A stretch of 58,351 bases of DNA. Source: an uncultured Gammaproteobacteria bacterium. Its GTDB lineage: Bacteria > Patescibacteriota > Microgenomatia > UBA12405 > JAHJSD01. Both the position numbers and the translations under genes were made by a program. Position 1 is the stretch's first letter, and the number at the start of each line of letters is the position of its first letter. Below the pieces are notes generated by a model. The model made no database searches and was not told where the DNA came from. It saw only the letters and a program-made list of their open reading frames with translations. Location: the NCBI GenBank assembly GCA_964468355.1, contig CAYXSV010000036.1, positions 1-58,351 on the forward strand, read 5' to 3'. Positions 43,113 to 50,593 of this stretch are shown piece after piece.

Positions 43113-43120
43113 GCTAATTT

Positions 43121-43576
43121 TTAGATTTCAAACCGGGTGAAGTCGCCGATTTTAATATTTTCTCTAAACTTAGCAATATTTATCTTAATTATTTCCTCAA
43201 TTGTTTTCTCCGGCTCCCGGATGAAATTCTGTTTTAAAAGTTCATCAACGTCTTTAGGATTCATTGAAGCTACCTGTAAACAAATATCTTTGGCTAATGT
43301 GCGAAAATCCGGGTTTCTGGCCGTAAAATCAGTTTCCGACTCCAATTTAACAATTGCACCGATTTTACCTGTTGTATGAGTATAAGTAGCAATATAACCA
43401 TGACAGGTTTTTTGATTTTCTTTTTTCGCTGCTTCACTAATACCCTTCTCCGCCAAAACCTCCTTAGCTTTCTTTAAATCACCGTTAGTTTCTTCCAAGG
43501 CCTTTTTACAATCCATAATACTAATCCCGGTTTCTTCTCTTAATTGTTTAACCTGGTCTATTAGTTTAGTTCCCAT
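43121..43576 (-). CDS. tsf: Elongation factor Ts, short form (151 aa)
   Basis: N-terminal UBA-like VKQLREETGISIMDCKKALEETNGDLKKAKEVLAEKG. rpsB-tsf synteny. Confidence 0.85.
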   Translation of the reverse strand: MGTKLIDQVKQLREETGISIMDCKKALEETNGDLKKAKEVLAEKGISEAAKKENQKTCHGYIATYTHTTGKIGAIVKLESETDFTARNPDFRTLAKDICLQVASMNPKDVDELLKQNFIREPEKTIEEIIKINIAKFRENIKIGDFTRFEI

Positions 43577-43577
43577 T

Positions 43578-43612
43578 TTACTTATTACCTATTACTTATT
43601 ACTAATTACTGA
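43578..43612. repeat. Heptad array TTACTTA TTACCTA TTACTTA TTACTAA TTACTGA spanning the tsf-rpsB spacer and the last codons of rpsB
   Basis: Reverse complement of the AGTAATT word family seen at 9423-9486. Confidence 0.85.
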
Positions 43613-44392
43613 ATCCGCTATTTCCCGAACTAATAATTGTATCGACCGGGTTGCGTCATCATTAGCCGGTATCGGATAATCAACCAAATCCGGATTACTG
43701 TTGCTGTCAACAATTGCTACAACCGGCATATTCATTTGACGGGCTTCTTGGACAGCCGTTGATTCCTCTTCAATATCAACAATAAAAAGTGCTCCAAAAA
43801 GTTCTTCCAGGTCAGCAATTCCGCCGACTAGCCGGTCTAAACGGGTTATTTCTCTTCTAACAACTGCCTGTTCTTTTTTAGGCCGGTCTTCATACTTACC
43901 TTCTTTCCATTCTTTTCTTAACTCATTTAGCTTATCAATACTGTTTTCTTTAATCTGGTCCCAATTAGTAATTGTTCCTCCCAACCAGCGATTGGTAATA
44001 AACGGCACCCCTACCCTTTTTGCTTCTTCTCTTATAATTTCAGACGCTTGACGTTTAGTACCGACAAAAACTATTTTCTTTCCTTTTTCAGTTAAGTCAG
44101 AGACAAACTTTTTTGCTTCATCTAATTTTTCTTTTGTCTTGGCCAAATCAAAAACAGCAATACCATCTTTAATAGCATAAATATTTTTTTTAGCATTAGG
44201 ATGAACCTTTGACCTTTTGTGGCCAAAATGGCACCCCGCTTCAAGAAGATCTTTTAAAGTTGCTTCCTTTGGTTTCTGGCTGTTTTTAGCCTTAGGCCTT
44301 GAGCCCTTTACTTTTTTTTGTTTTTCACTTTTGACTTTGGTTTTTTTACCTTCAGCCTTTTTTTTCTTCTTTGCCATCCTTTTTTCCTCCAC
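43592..44392 (-). CDS. rpsB: Ribosomal protein S2 with a Lys-rich N-terminal extension
   Basis: LLEAGCHFGHKRSKVHPNAKK.IY, FVGTKRQA, and RWLGGTITNW motifs. Confidence 0.93.
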   Translation of the reverse strand: MEEKRMAKKKKKAEGKKTKVKSEKQKKVKGSRPKAKNSQKPKEATLKDLLEAGCHFGHKRSKVHPNAKKNIYAIKDGIAVFDLAKTKEKLDEAKKFVSDLTEKGKKIVFVGTKRQASEIIREEAKRVGVPFITNRWLGGTITNWDQIKENSIDKLNELRKEWKEGKYEDRPKKEQAVVRREITRLDRLVGGIADLEELFGALFIVDIEEESTAVQEARQMNMPVVAIVDSNSNPDLVDYPIPANDDATRSIQLLVREIADSVISNK

Positions 44393-44466
44393 CGGACAAT
44401 TTTTAAATACTACCCCCGAATCAAATCGAGAGAGAATGGTCCCATCCGATGTGTGTAATGTTTTGA

Positions 44467-44475
44467 ATTATAACA
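44467..44475 (-). promoter_or_regulatory. Extended -10 promoter TGTTATAAT about 70 nt upstream of rpsB
   Basis: The minus strand reads ttggtt TGTTATAAT. The same 9-mer occurs before hisS and rpmE. Confidence 0.35.
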
Positions 44476-44524
44476 AACCAACCTTAATTTAACAACTAAT
44501 AATTAAAAACTGCTTTAAATTTAC

Positions 44525-44547
44525 GATGCATCGATACATCAATGCAT
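44525..44547. repeat. Inverted repeat, left copy (GATGCATCGATACATCAATGCAT)
   Basis: 16 nt are perfect and 21 of 23 nt match the reverse complement of 45064-45086. Confidence 0.9.
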
Positions 44548-44555
44548 CATAATTA

Positions 44556-45005
44556 TTACCTAAGCGGATTTTCAATATCTTTAAGCCATTTATTTTTGGC
44601 CTTTCTCCACTCAGTCCAATTACGATACTTAGGCGGCAGCGGACCATACTGAAAGGTATTCACCATATCAATAAAAAGATTTTTGACTTCATTTCTTAGC
44701 ATTATTTTATTCATCGCTTCTTTATGTGCTTTGCTCAAACTTTTCCACTTGTAATTAAGGCGTGTAATAGATGATGTACTCATTTTCAAAATTCCAGCTA
44801 TCTCGTCCTGAGGTATATTTTTTTCAAGCAAATAAAAAACTGCAAATCTTTTTGCCAACATCTTTCTTTCCGAATCAGTAAAAATTGCTTCAAAAAAATA
44901 CTTTGCTTTATCTTTAGATTTAACTTGAGCGAGCCCGGCTAAAAACAAAGAAATGATTTTATCTTGAAGTTCCCTTTTTAAATATCTCCCTGATACCGGC
45001 GGCAT
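44556..45005 (-). CDS. TrpR-like YerC/YecD-family helix-turn-helix protein
   Basis: FTDSERKMLAKRFAVFYLLEKNIPQDEIAGILKMSTSSITRLN resembles the YerC/YecD HTH region. Confidence 0.6.
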   Translation of the reverse strand: MPPVSGRYLKRELQDKIISLFLAGLAQVKSKDKAKYFFEAIFTDSERKMLAKRFAVFYLLEKNIPQDEIAGILKMSTSSITRLNYKWKSLSKAHKEAMNKIMLRNEVKNLFIDMVNTFQYGPLPPKYRNWTEWRKAKNKWLKDIENPLR

Positions 45006-45063
45006 ATTAATTTCACCCTAACCAAACTAAACAAAAATGTCAACTTTATTTCTCCAAAACAGA

Positions 45064-45086
45064 ATACATCGATGTATCGATGCATC
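45064..45086. repeat. Inverted repeat, right copy (ATACATCGATGTATCGATGCATC)
   Basis: Partner of 44525-44547. Together they bracket the YerC-like gene. Confidence 0.9.
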
Positions 45087-45103
45087 ATATTTTAGAAAGA
45101 TTG

Positions 45104-46234
45104 TTAATGAATTATCCTTTCCACTACCTCAATTACTTTCGCATGTATTTCCTCTTTTGAAAGTAAATTTCCGTTATCATCAAGGCAGTCAATTCTTACC
45201 CAATGGTCAAATCGTTCAATAAGGTCAAGATATTTCTGCTCCACTTTTTTTAAAAAAATCAAATCTTCCTCGTGAATATCTCTTTTGTTACCCTTTACAT
45301 ATTCTCTATTTCCCTTTTTATCTACTAATTGCTGGCCAACTTCAACAGGAACATGAAGAATAACCACTAAATCTTCCTTAGGCAGTTTATGAACTTTGTA
45401 TTCCATCTCCATCAGCCAGTTTAAAAATTCTTCCTGATTTTCTTTAGCCAGACGGGCTGTTTGAAACCCCATATTTGAAGAGGTGTAGCGGTTGGCAACA
45501 ACGTAACAGCCACCGGTCAGCCAATCGTCAAGCTCTTTTTTGGCAGTTAATCGATCAAGGGCAAAAAAAGAAGAGGCCAAATAAGGATTCACTTCCCGCA
45601 AACCGCCAAATTCTCCTTTTAAATAACGTCCAACCATTTTACCGTGAAAAGAAGAATAATACCTGGGAAACTCAATATACTTTACCGGCCGGTTTTTCTT
45701 TTCCAAATATTTAACTAATAGTTTCGACTGAGTGGTTTTCCCCGACCCGTCAGTTCCGTCAACAACAATCAACTTCCCCCATTGGCGCTGACGTTTTTTA
45801 ATAAATTTTATGAAATCTCTTAAAACCGACCGGACATTTTCTTTATTAAACCAATCAAAATAAAACAATTCTTTTTCTTTCCACTCGCCCAGATTGCTGT
45901 TTTCCGCTGCCGCACTTTTTTCACCCTGTTCCCGCCAGTAAAGGCCGAATACGGGAATATTCATCGATAATGCCCGAGAAATCAAAAAGCCCATTTTAAA
46001 ATCCGGCTGAGTCAAATCGGCAATAACCAATTCCGACTCTGTAAGAAGTTGAGAATTTTGCTGATAAAACATCTGGGGAAATAATGACGGATAAATTTGT
46101 TTGGTATCAGGCGGTCGTCCAGGCATTGGGTTGAGAAGTTCCGTGCCTAAACCTTCCAGACCGCGAACAATCATCTGCCGCCTCTTACGGCTGGCTTTAT
46201 CTTTTTTCTCCGGAGACAAGACCAATACCTTCAT
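45104..46234 (-). CDS. tmk: Fusion protein: N-terminal nucleoside 2-deoxyribosyltransferase-like domain plus C-terminal thymidylate (dTMP) kinase
   Basis: C-terminal half: LIVVDGTDGSGKTTQSKLL (P-loop), EFPRY, DRL. N-terminal ~150 aa: VLVLSP...ELVIADLTQPDFKMGFLISRALSMNIPVFGLY, resembling NDT-like Rossmannoid domains. Confidence 0.75.
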   Translation of the reverse strand: MKVLVLSPEKKDKASRKRRQMIVRGLEGLGTELLNPMPGRPPDTKQIYPSLFPQMFYQQNSQLLTESELVIADLTQPDFKMGFLISRALSMNIPVFGLYWREQGEKSAAAENSNLGEWKEKELFYFDWFNKENVRSVLRDFIKFIKKRQRQWGKLIVVDGTDGSGKTTQSKLLVKYLEKKNRPVKYIEFPRYYSSFHGKMVGRYLKGEFGGLREVNPYLASSFFALDRLTAKKELDDWLTGGCYVVANRYTSSNMGFQTARLAKENQEEFLNWLMEMEYKVHKLPKEDLVVILHVPVEVGQQLVDKKGNREYVKGNKRDIHEEDLIFLKKVEQKYLDLIERFDHWVRIDCLDDNGNLLSKEEIHAKVIEVVERIIH

Positions 46235-46259
46235 GCCTTATTTTAACACTTTAGAAAAG

Positions 46260-47228
46260 CTATCGCATTCCAAAAATTAGTTCATCATGAGGATACGAAT
46301 CACCAGGTTTCAGTTGATCAAAAACCTCTGCCAAAGATCCCTCTAACGGAACATGACAGCTGCGCTTACCTTGATCACATTTTCCTAATGAACAGGCAGG
46401 GCCGACTTCTTCAACAAAAACTCGTTCATTTTCCCAAATTTGCTTAGCAATTTCAGTGGTAGTAATATCAATTTCCCATTGAGCTCTGGCACAAGTCCGT
46501 TGAGTAATTACTTCTCTCCAAGCCCTGGGATTAGCCGAGATAACTATTCTAGTCGCTGCTGCATTTGGAAATAAAAATCGTGAATCTTCCGGAAAAACAC
46601 CATCAGCTCTTAAACCATAATATCCCCTAATACTTTCGCTAATAGTATGTAGGTACATATCAAGTTTTTTTTGATCAACCCGTATTCGTGGAGGAATAAT
46701 AAATGAAAATTCTGCTTCACCCTGCTCAAAAAAATCTGGCCTAGCAAAGTCCAAATACCTCTGACTTTGCTGACTATAACCGCGATGACGGTGTCTAACT
46801 TCCTGATGGCTTTCTACTCGCGAAATCCCGTCAACAATAAAACAAGGAGAAACATGTTCCATAACTGAACCATGACCGGTTGATAAAATTTGTTTCTCTA
46901 AAAAATTGTCAATCAAGTGGTCTGGTTTTTCTTTTGCTGTTTCTATTAAATCTTCGGTGGAACTTCCGGTATAACAGTTTAATGCTCCTAAATAAATATA
47001 TCGTTTTTGGTCTAGAATAGTATCCAACCTTGTTACACTAGAAGTCACTGGTTTTAAATTAACAATACCTCGATCCTTTTCACCCTGTCTATTTTTATAA
47101 TCTACTTCTAGAGTTAATTGTTCCCTATCAACTTGATTTTCAATTATGTCATTTTGTCGATTTCTTGCTCGAACCAAAACGTTTCCGTCTTCTAGATAAG
47201 TATATGTGTTAGGAAGTTCACTTCTCAT
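46260..47228 (-). CDS. thyX: FAD-dependent thymidylate synthase ThyX with an N-terminal extension
   Basis: ThyX signature RHRHRGYSQQSQRY (RHR..S....S.R). 322 aa, which is longer than I recall for typical ThyX proteins. Confidence 0.85.
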   Translation of the reverse strand: MRSELPNTYTYLEDGNVLVRARNRQNDIIENQVDREQLTLEVDYKNRQGEKDRGIVNLKPVTSSVTRLDTILDQKRYIYLGALNCYTGSSTEDLIETAKEKPDHLIDNFLEKQILSTGHGSVMEHVSPCFIVDGISRVESHQEVRHRHRGYSQQSQRYLDFARPDFFEQGEAEFSFIIPPRIRVDQKKLDMYLHTISESIRGYYGLRADGVFPEDSRFLFPNAAATRIVISANPRAWREVITQRTCARAQWEIDITTTEIAKQIWENERVFVEEVGPACSLGKCDQGKRSCHVPLEGSLAEVFDQLKPGDSYPHDELIFGMR

Positions 47229-47262
47229 TTTAATTTTTTCTATATTAAACTATAAATTTAAA

Positions 47263-47820
47263 TTAGTCAAAATCAACCCAGTGTTTGGAGGCAGTCGGGC
47301 CCTTTTGACCTTGATATTTACTTTTTAATTTTTTACTTCCATAAGCATTTTCAACTTTGCTGGTCATTTTATAAAAGACTATCTGCGCAATCCGCATACC
47401 GGCATACATTCGAATCGGCAGGCGTGAAATATTGGCAATTTCAAAAGTAAGCCAGCCGGAAAAACCGGGGTCAACATAACCGGCGGTAGCATGAACAATC
47501 AATCCCAGCCGGCCCAAAGAGCTTCTACCCTCCAGTTTTGCCGCTACACTTAACGGCAAAGTCACTTTTTCCGCAGTCGAGCCAAGAATAAACTCTCCGG
47601 GATGCAAAACAAATCCAGCTTCTTTAATTTTAACCACCCGTGAAACATCCTCCTTTTTCCGAACGTCTATTTCGCCTTGATTCCAGTTATCAAATACACG
47701 CACCTCTTCGCTTAACTCTAAATCCAAACTGGAAGGTTGAAGATTTTCCGGTTTAAAAGGGTCAATTTTAATCTTTCCGCTCTTAATCTTATTTTTAATA
47801 TCTTTATCTGAAATAATCAT
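47263..47820 (-). CDS. dcd: dCTP deaminase (dUTPase superfamily)
   Basis: MIISDKDI...I.P......QP.S.DL.L, GRSSLGRLGL, and GFSGWLTFEI motifs. Confidence 0.88.
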   Translation of the reverse strand: MIISDKDIKNKIKSGKIKIDPFKPENLQPSSLDLELSEEVRVFDNWNQGEIDVRKKEDVSRVVKIKEAGFVLHPGEFILGSTAEKVTLPLSVAAKLEGRSSLGRLGLIVHATAGYVDPGFSGWLTFEIANISRLPIRMYAGMRIAQIVFYKMTSKVENAYGSKKLKSKYQGQKGPTASKHWVDFD

Positions 47821-48581
47821 TCCTTTAATTTACCAAAGACTAATAACCGTTTCAATATTGTCCCCGGCGGCCAGCAGGTCTGAAGAATTATCTCCTCACG
47901 TCCCGGCTGATAATCAGTTAAGTAAGAAATATCTTTGGCTCCGACAATCTTCTTATCAAAAATTTGATAAGTATAAGGCCGGTTTTGGTAAACCAAGTGA
48001 ACTTCATCACCCGGCTCCAGCTTATTTAACAAAAAGAAAACCGCATTATAACGGACCACATTCCATTCGGCATTAGTTGAATGAGCAAAAAGAAAAACCG
48101 GCTTAGTTGACCCGGGTAAACCGCTTCCGGCTGCATGAGCGACACCGTCTTTTAAAACTTCCTGATAAATTTCAGGTTTGCCGGGATCAATGTTGGGAAA
48201 TACTTGAGCACTGGACTCTAATTTGGGAATATAAACTGAAAAATCCTTGTTTATAACCGGCCAGTCATCCGGAACTTCTGGTATCGGCATTGGAGTCGGT
48301 GTTAGGGTCGGAGTCGGATTACCTCGTAGGGACAAGTCGCGACTTGTCCCTACATCCACTCTCTGCCAATGATATCCAGCCATTGCTCTGGCCAACGGCA
48401 GCCAAAGATAAGTTAAATACCCTAAACACAAAATAACCGCTCCCGTTCCCAAACCAAAAACAAATGTTCTTATTTTTGACGGGTTATAAAAAATAAGCTG
48501 TTTTTTACCTTTCTTTGGTTTAACTGCCTTCTTTAATTTCGGATCAAAAAAATCTTTCATGGTTGCTTTCTTATTATACAT
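47817..48581 (-). CDS. Sortase-family transpeptidase (membrane-anchored)
   Basis: N-terminal TM helix, PT linker, VFLFAHST (His), ILQTCWPPG (TLxTC-type Cys), and a downstream Arg (KRLLVFG). Confidence 0.8.
   Translation of the reverse strand: MYNKKATMKDFFDPKLKKAVKPKKGKKQLIFYNPSKIRTFVFGLGTGAVILCLGYLTYLWLPLARAMAGYHWQRVDVGTSRDLSLRGNPTPTLTPTPMPIPEVPDDWPVINKDFSVYIPKLESSAQVFPNIDPGKPEIYQEVLKDGVAHAAGSGLPGSTKPVFLFAHSTNAEWNVVRYNAVFFLLNKLEPGDEVHLVYQNRPYTYQIFDKKIVGAKDISYLTDYQPGREEIILQTCWPPGTILKRLLVFGKLKE
48326..48353. repeat. Perfect 28-nt palindrome GTAGGGACAAGTCG|CGACTTGTCCCTAC inside the sortase linker coding region
   Basis: 14+14 nt self-complementary. Encodes ..GTSRDLSLRG.. between the TM helix and the PT linker. 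Confidence 0.95.
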
Positions 48582-48721
48582 TTATAATACACTCTACGGT
48601 GTAATTATTTTCCGAAGTTAAATATTCGTTTTAAAAATAAAATCTAAATCTAATTTTAATGAAGTAACACAAAGTCAAGAAAGGGATCCCTCGACAAGCT
48701 CGGGATTTCGCTACGTTCAAC

Positions 48722-48750
48722 TTGACAACCCCATAATATACCAATATAAT
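48722..48750 (+). promoter_or_regulatory. Consensus promoter TTGACA-17-TATAAT, 8 nt from the ATG at 48759 (leaderless-type)
   Basis: Both hexamers are perfect with an exact 17-nt spacer. No SD sequence. Confidence 0.6.
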
Positions 48751-48758
48751 ACAGTAAT

Positions 48759-49445
48759 ATGGAAAACGTCATTCCGGGCAAGGCCATAATTACTGGTATT
48801 ACTACTATCTTAATTGGTATTGCAGCTATCGTGGCTGGAGTTGCTTTTCTTCTCAGTTTAAGTTTAAGTTTGGCAAGTCCTGTCGGCGCTTATATGTATG
48901 GTGAAGAACAACCGACTTCCCAACTTATAGTTGACAAACAAATCACTACTTCGGAAAACATAAATTGGCAGGATAATCTACCTGCTACCCAAGAAGTGCT
49001 CCGAGAAGGTGATTTAGTAAAATTTAAAATTACTATAAAAAACAGCGGAGACAAAGATTTAATAAATATAGAAGTAATTGATTCTCTGCCTGAATACTTA
49101 ACTCCTGTTTTTAATCCCGGAGAATATGATCAGGAAAATAATAAAATAAAGTGGAAAATTGAAAAATTAAACGCCGGTGACCAAAAAACATTTGAGATTC
49201 GGGCCCATATTGATTCAAGCAACCAAGAATTAATTGAAGGGACGCAGTGCTTGATTAACAAAGTAGAAGCAGTTGCTGAAACCGGCGAATCCGACCAGGA
49301 CACTTCTTCTTTTTGTATTACTACTCCTCAGGTGCTTCCTGAAGCCGGCAGCGGCGTCAGCGAAATATTAGTCGGAACAGGATTTGCGGCAATGATCGGC
49401 CTAGCCGGTGTAATTTTAAGAAAATTCGGCCGCGGCCAAATTTAA
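48759..49445 (+). CDS. Surface protein with a DUF11/CARDB-like beta-sandwich and an LPEAG sortase sorting signal
   Basis: GDLVKFKITIKNSGDKDLINIEVIDSLPEYL. LPEAG (49335-49349) followed by a TM segment and an RKFGRGQI tail. Lies next to the sortase gene. Confidence 0.65.
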   Translation: MENVIPGKAIITGITTILIGIAAIVAGVAFLLSLSLSLASPVGAYMYGEEQPTSQLIVDKQITTSENINWQDNLPATQEVLREGDLVKFKITIKNSGDKDLINIEVIDSLPEYLTPVFNPGEYDQENNKIKWKIEKLNAGDQKTFEIRAHIDSSNQELIEGTQCLINKVEAVAETGESDQDTSSFCITTPQVLPEAGSGVSEILVGTGFAAMIGLAGVILRKFGRGQI

Positions 49446-49452
49446 ATCGTTA

Positions 49453-49480
49453 ATTTAACATTTGACATTTAATATTTAAT
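49453..49480. repeat. Heptad array ATTTAAC ATTTGAC ATTTAAT ATTTAAT
   Basis: Same word family as 55282-55316. Confidence 0.8.
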
Positions 49481-49495
49481 TCCGAGGAAATAAAA

Positions 49496-49768
49496 ATGAA
49501 TAATAAAGAAAAAATAATCAGAACAGGTTTAGCAATTGGAATTGCTGGTATGTTAACCACTGCCTGCAACAGAACTACCTGTGAATTTAGAGGAAAAAAA
49601 TCCAGTCCGGGAGTAACCTTGGAGCTTAGAAGCATTGATGAAGAAAGCAGACAAATTACCAACCGTTCTATTTATAAATGCCAATCTGACGGTAATTGGG
49701 GTAAAAGTGATGCTTTATACGGCCAAAGGGTTGTAATATTAGAACCCGGCGAAAGCTTTGGTCAATAA
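49496..49768 (+). CDS. Small hypothetical secreted/lipoprotein-like protein
   Basis: SD GAGGA upstream, hydrophobic N-terminus ending ..TTAC. Confidence 0.35.
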   Translation: MNNKEKIIRTGLAIGIAGMLTTACNRTTCEFRGKKSSPGVTLELRSIDEESRQITNRSIYKCQSDGNWGKSDALYGQRVVILEPGESFGQ

Positions 49769-49877
49769 AACAGATTTTAGAATAAACTCTAAAGATAGTA
49801 ATACGATCGTGTTGCTATCTTTACAAAATAATAATTATTAAATATTACAAAAATAAGACGGAAGGAGGTGAAATAAA

Positions 49878-50534
49878 ATGAAAAACTCAATAGAAAATAT
49901 CGGAAGAGCTGCAGCTGCAGGCGCAATTGCCTTTGGATTAGCCGGATGCGGTAGCAAAGATAAAGAAGTCCAAGAGGCGGTTAAAGCAACTGTTGATGCT
50001 CAAGAAAAGTTTGAAAGTGAAGTAGAGGCAGCTGTTTCTACAAGAACAGCTGAACTCGGAATTGCTGAACAAGGCAAAGGAGAAGTTTTTACACCGACAC
50101 CAAGGACAGAAACTACCCAAACAGTCACCCAAGAAGACCAAGAAGAAGTAAACACTGAGGAAGAACTTAGAATAACATTGGATGAATTTGGCCAAGAAAC
50201 ACGTTACGACGACCGTTTTCCTACAAACGGAATGATTTGGGACCAAAGTTATAACGCCGGAGAAATTTTTGTAGCTAACGCTTTTGCAATACACGACCAT
50301 GACTTTAGAAGTCAGGAAGGATGTGTTGTCGCTTATTATCAAGCTCCTGAAAAAGGAGGTAGAATTAGATTCACCGGCTGGGACGGTATGGGATTTGAGC
50401 TAAATGCTGAATCAGACATTAGCTTAAACCAAGCGATTGGAGCAATGCGTGAAACCTTAACAAGAGCACATGAGTGCGATGTTGAGGATATTCAATTCCA
50501 TGAATTAATTCCTCACGGCGACGCGGTTAAATAA
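49878..50534 (+). CDS. Hypothetical lipoprotein
   Basis: Strong SD GGAGGTG. Lipobox LAGC after the signal peptide. Confidence 0.5.
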   Translation: MKNSIENIGRAAAAGAIAFGLAGCGSKDKEVQEAVKATVDAQEKFESEVEAAVSTRTAELGIAEQGKGEVFTPTPRTETTQTVTQEDQEEVNTEEELRITLDEFGQETRYDDRFPTNGMIWDQSYNAGEIFVANAFAIHDHDFRSQEGCVVAYYQAPEKGGRIRFTGWDGMGFELNAESDISLNQAIGAMRETLTRAHECDVEDIQFHELIPHGDAVK

Positions 50535-50542
50535 TTTCTATT

Positions 50543-50580
50543 AACCAAGGGTTGGACAAATTTTAGTCCCGCCCTTGGTT
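50543..50580 (+). terminator. Terminator-like long hairpin (9-bp outer stem AACCAAGGG/CCCTTGGTT plus a 4-bp inner stem)
   Basis: Located 9 nt after the stop codon of the lipoprotein gene and followed by a short T run. Confidence 0.45.
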
Positions 50581-50593
50581 TAAGAATAAAATT

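Noticed and set aside
42750-43120. Known structured RNAs (tmRNA, RNase P RNA, SRP RNA, 6S RNA) in the frr-tsf gap and other long spacers
   Set aside because: None of the hallmark motifs I can recall are present (RNase P GAGGAAAGTCC-like, SRP GGAA/AGCA domain IV, tmRNA tRNA-like end with a tag ORF). A covariance-model scan would be needed to exclude them fully.
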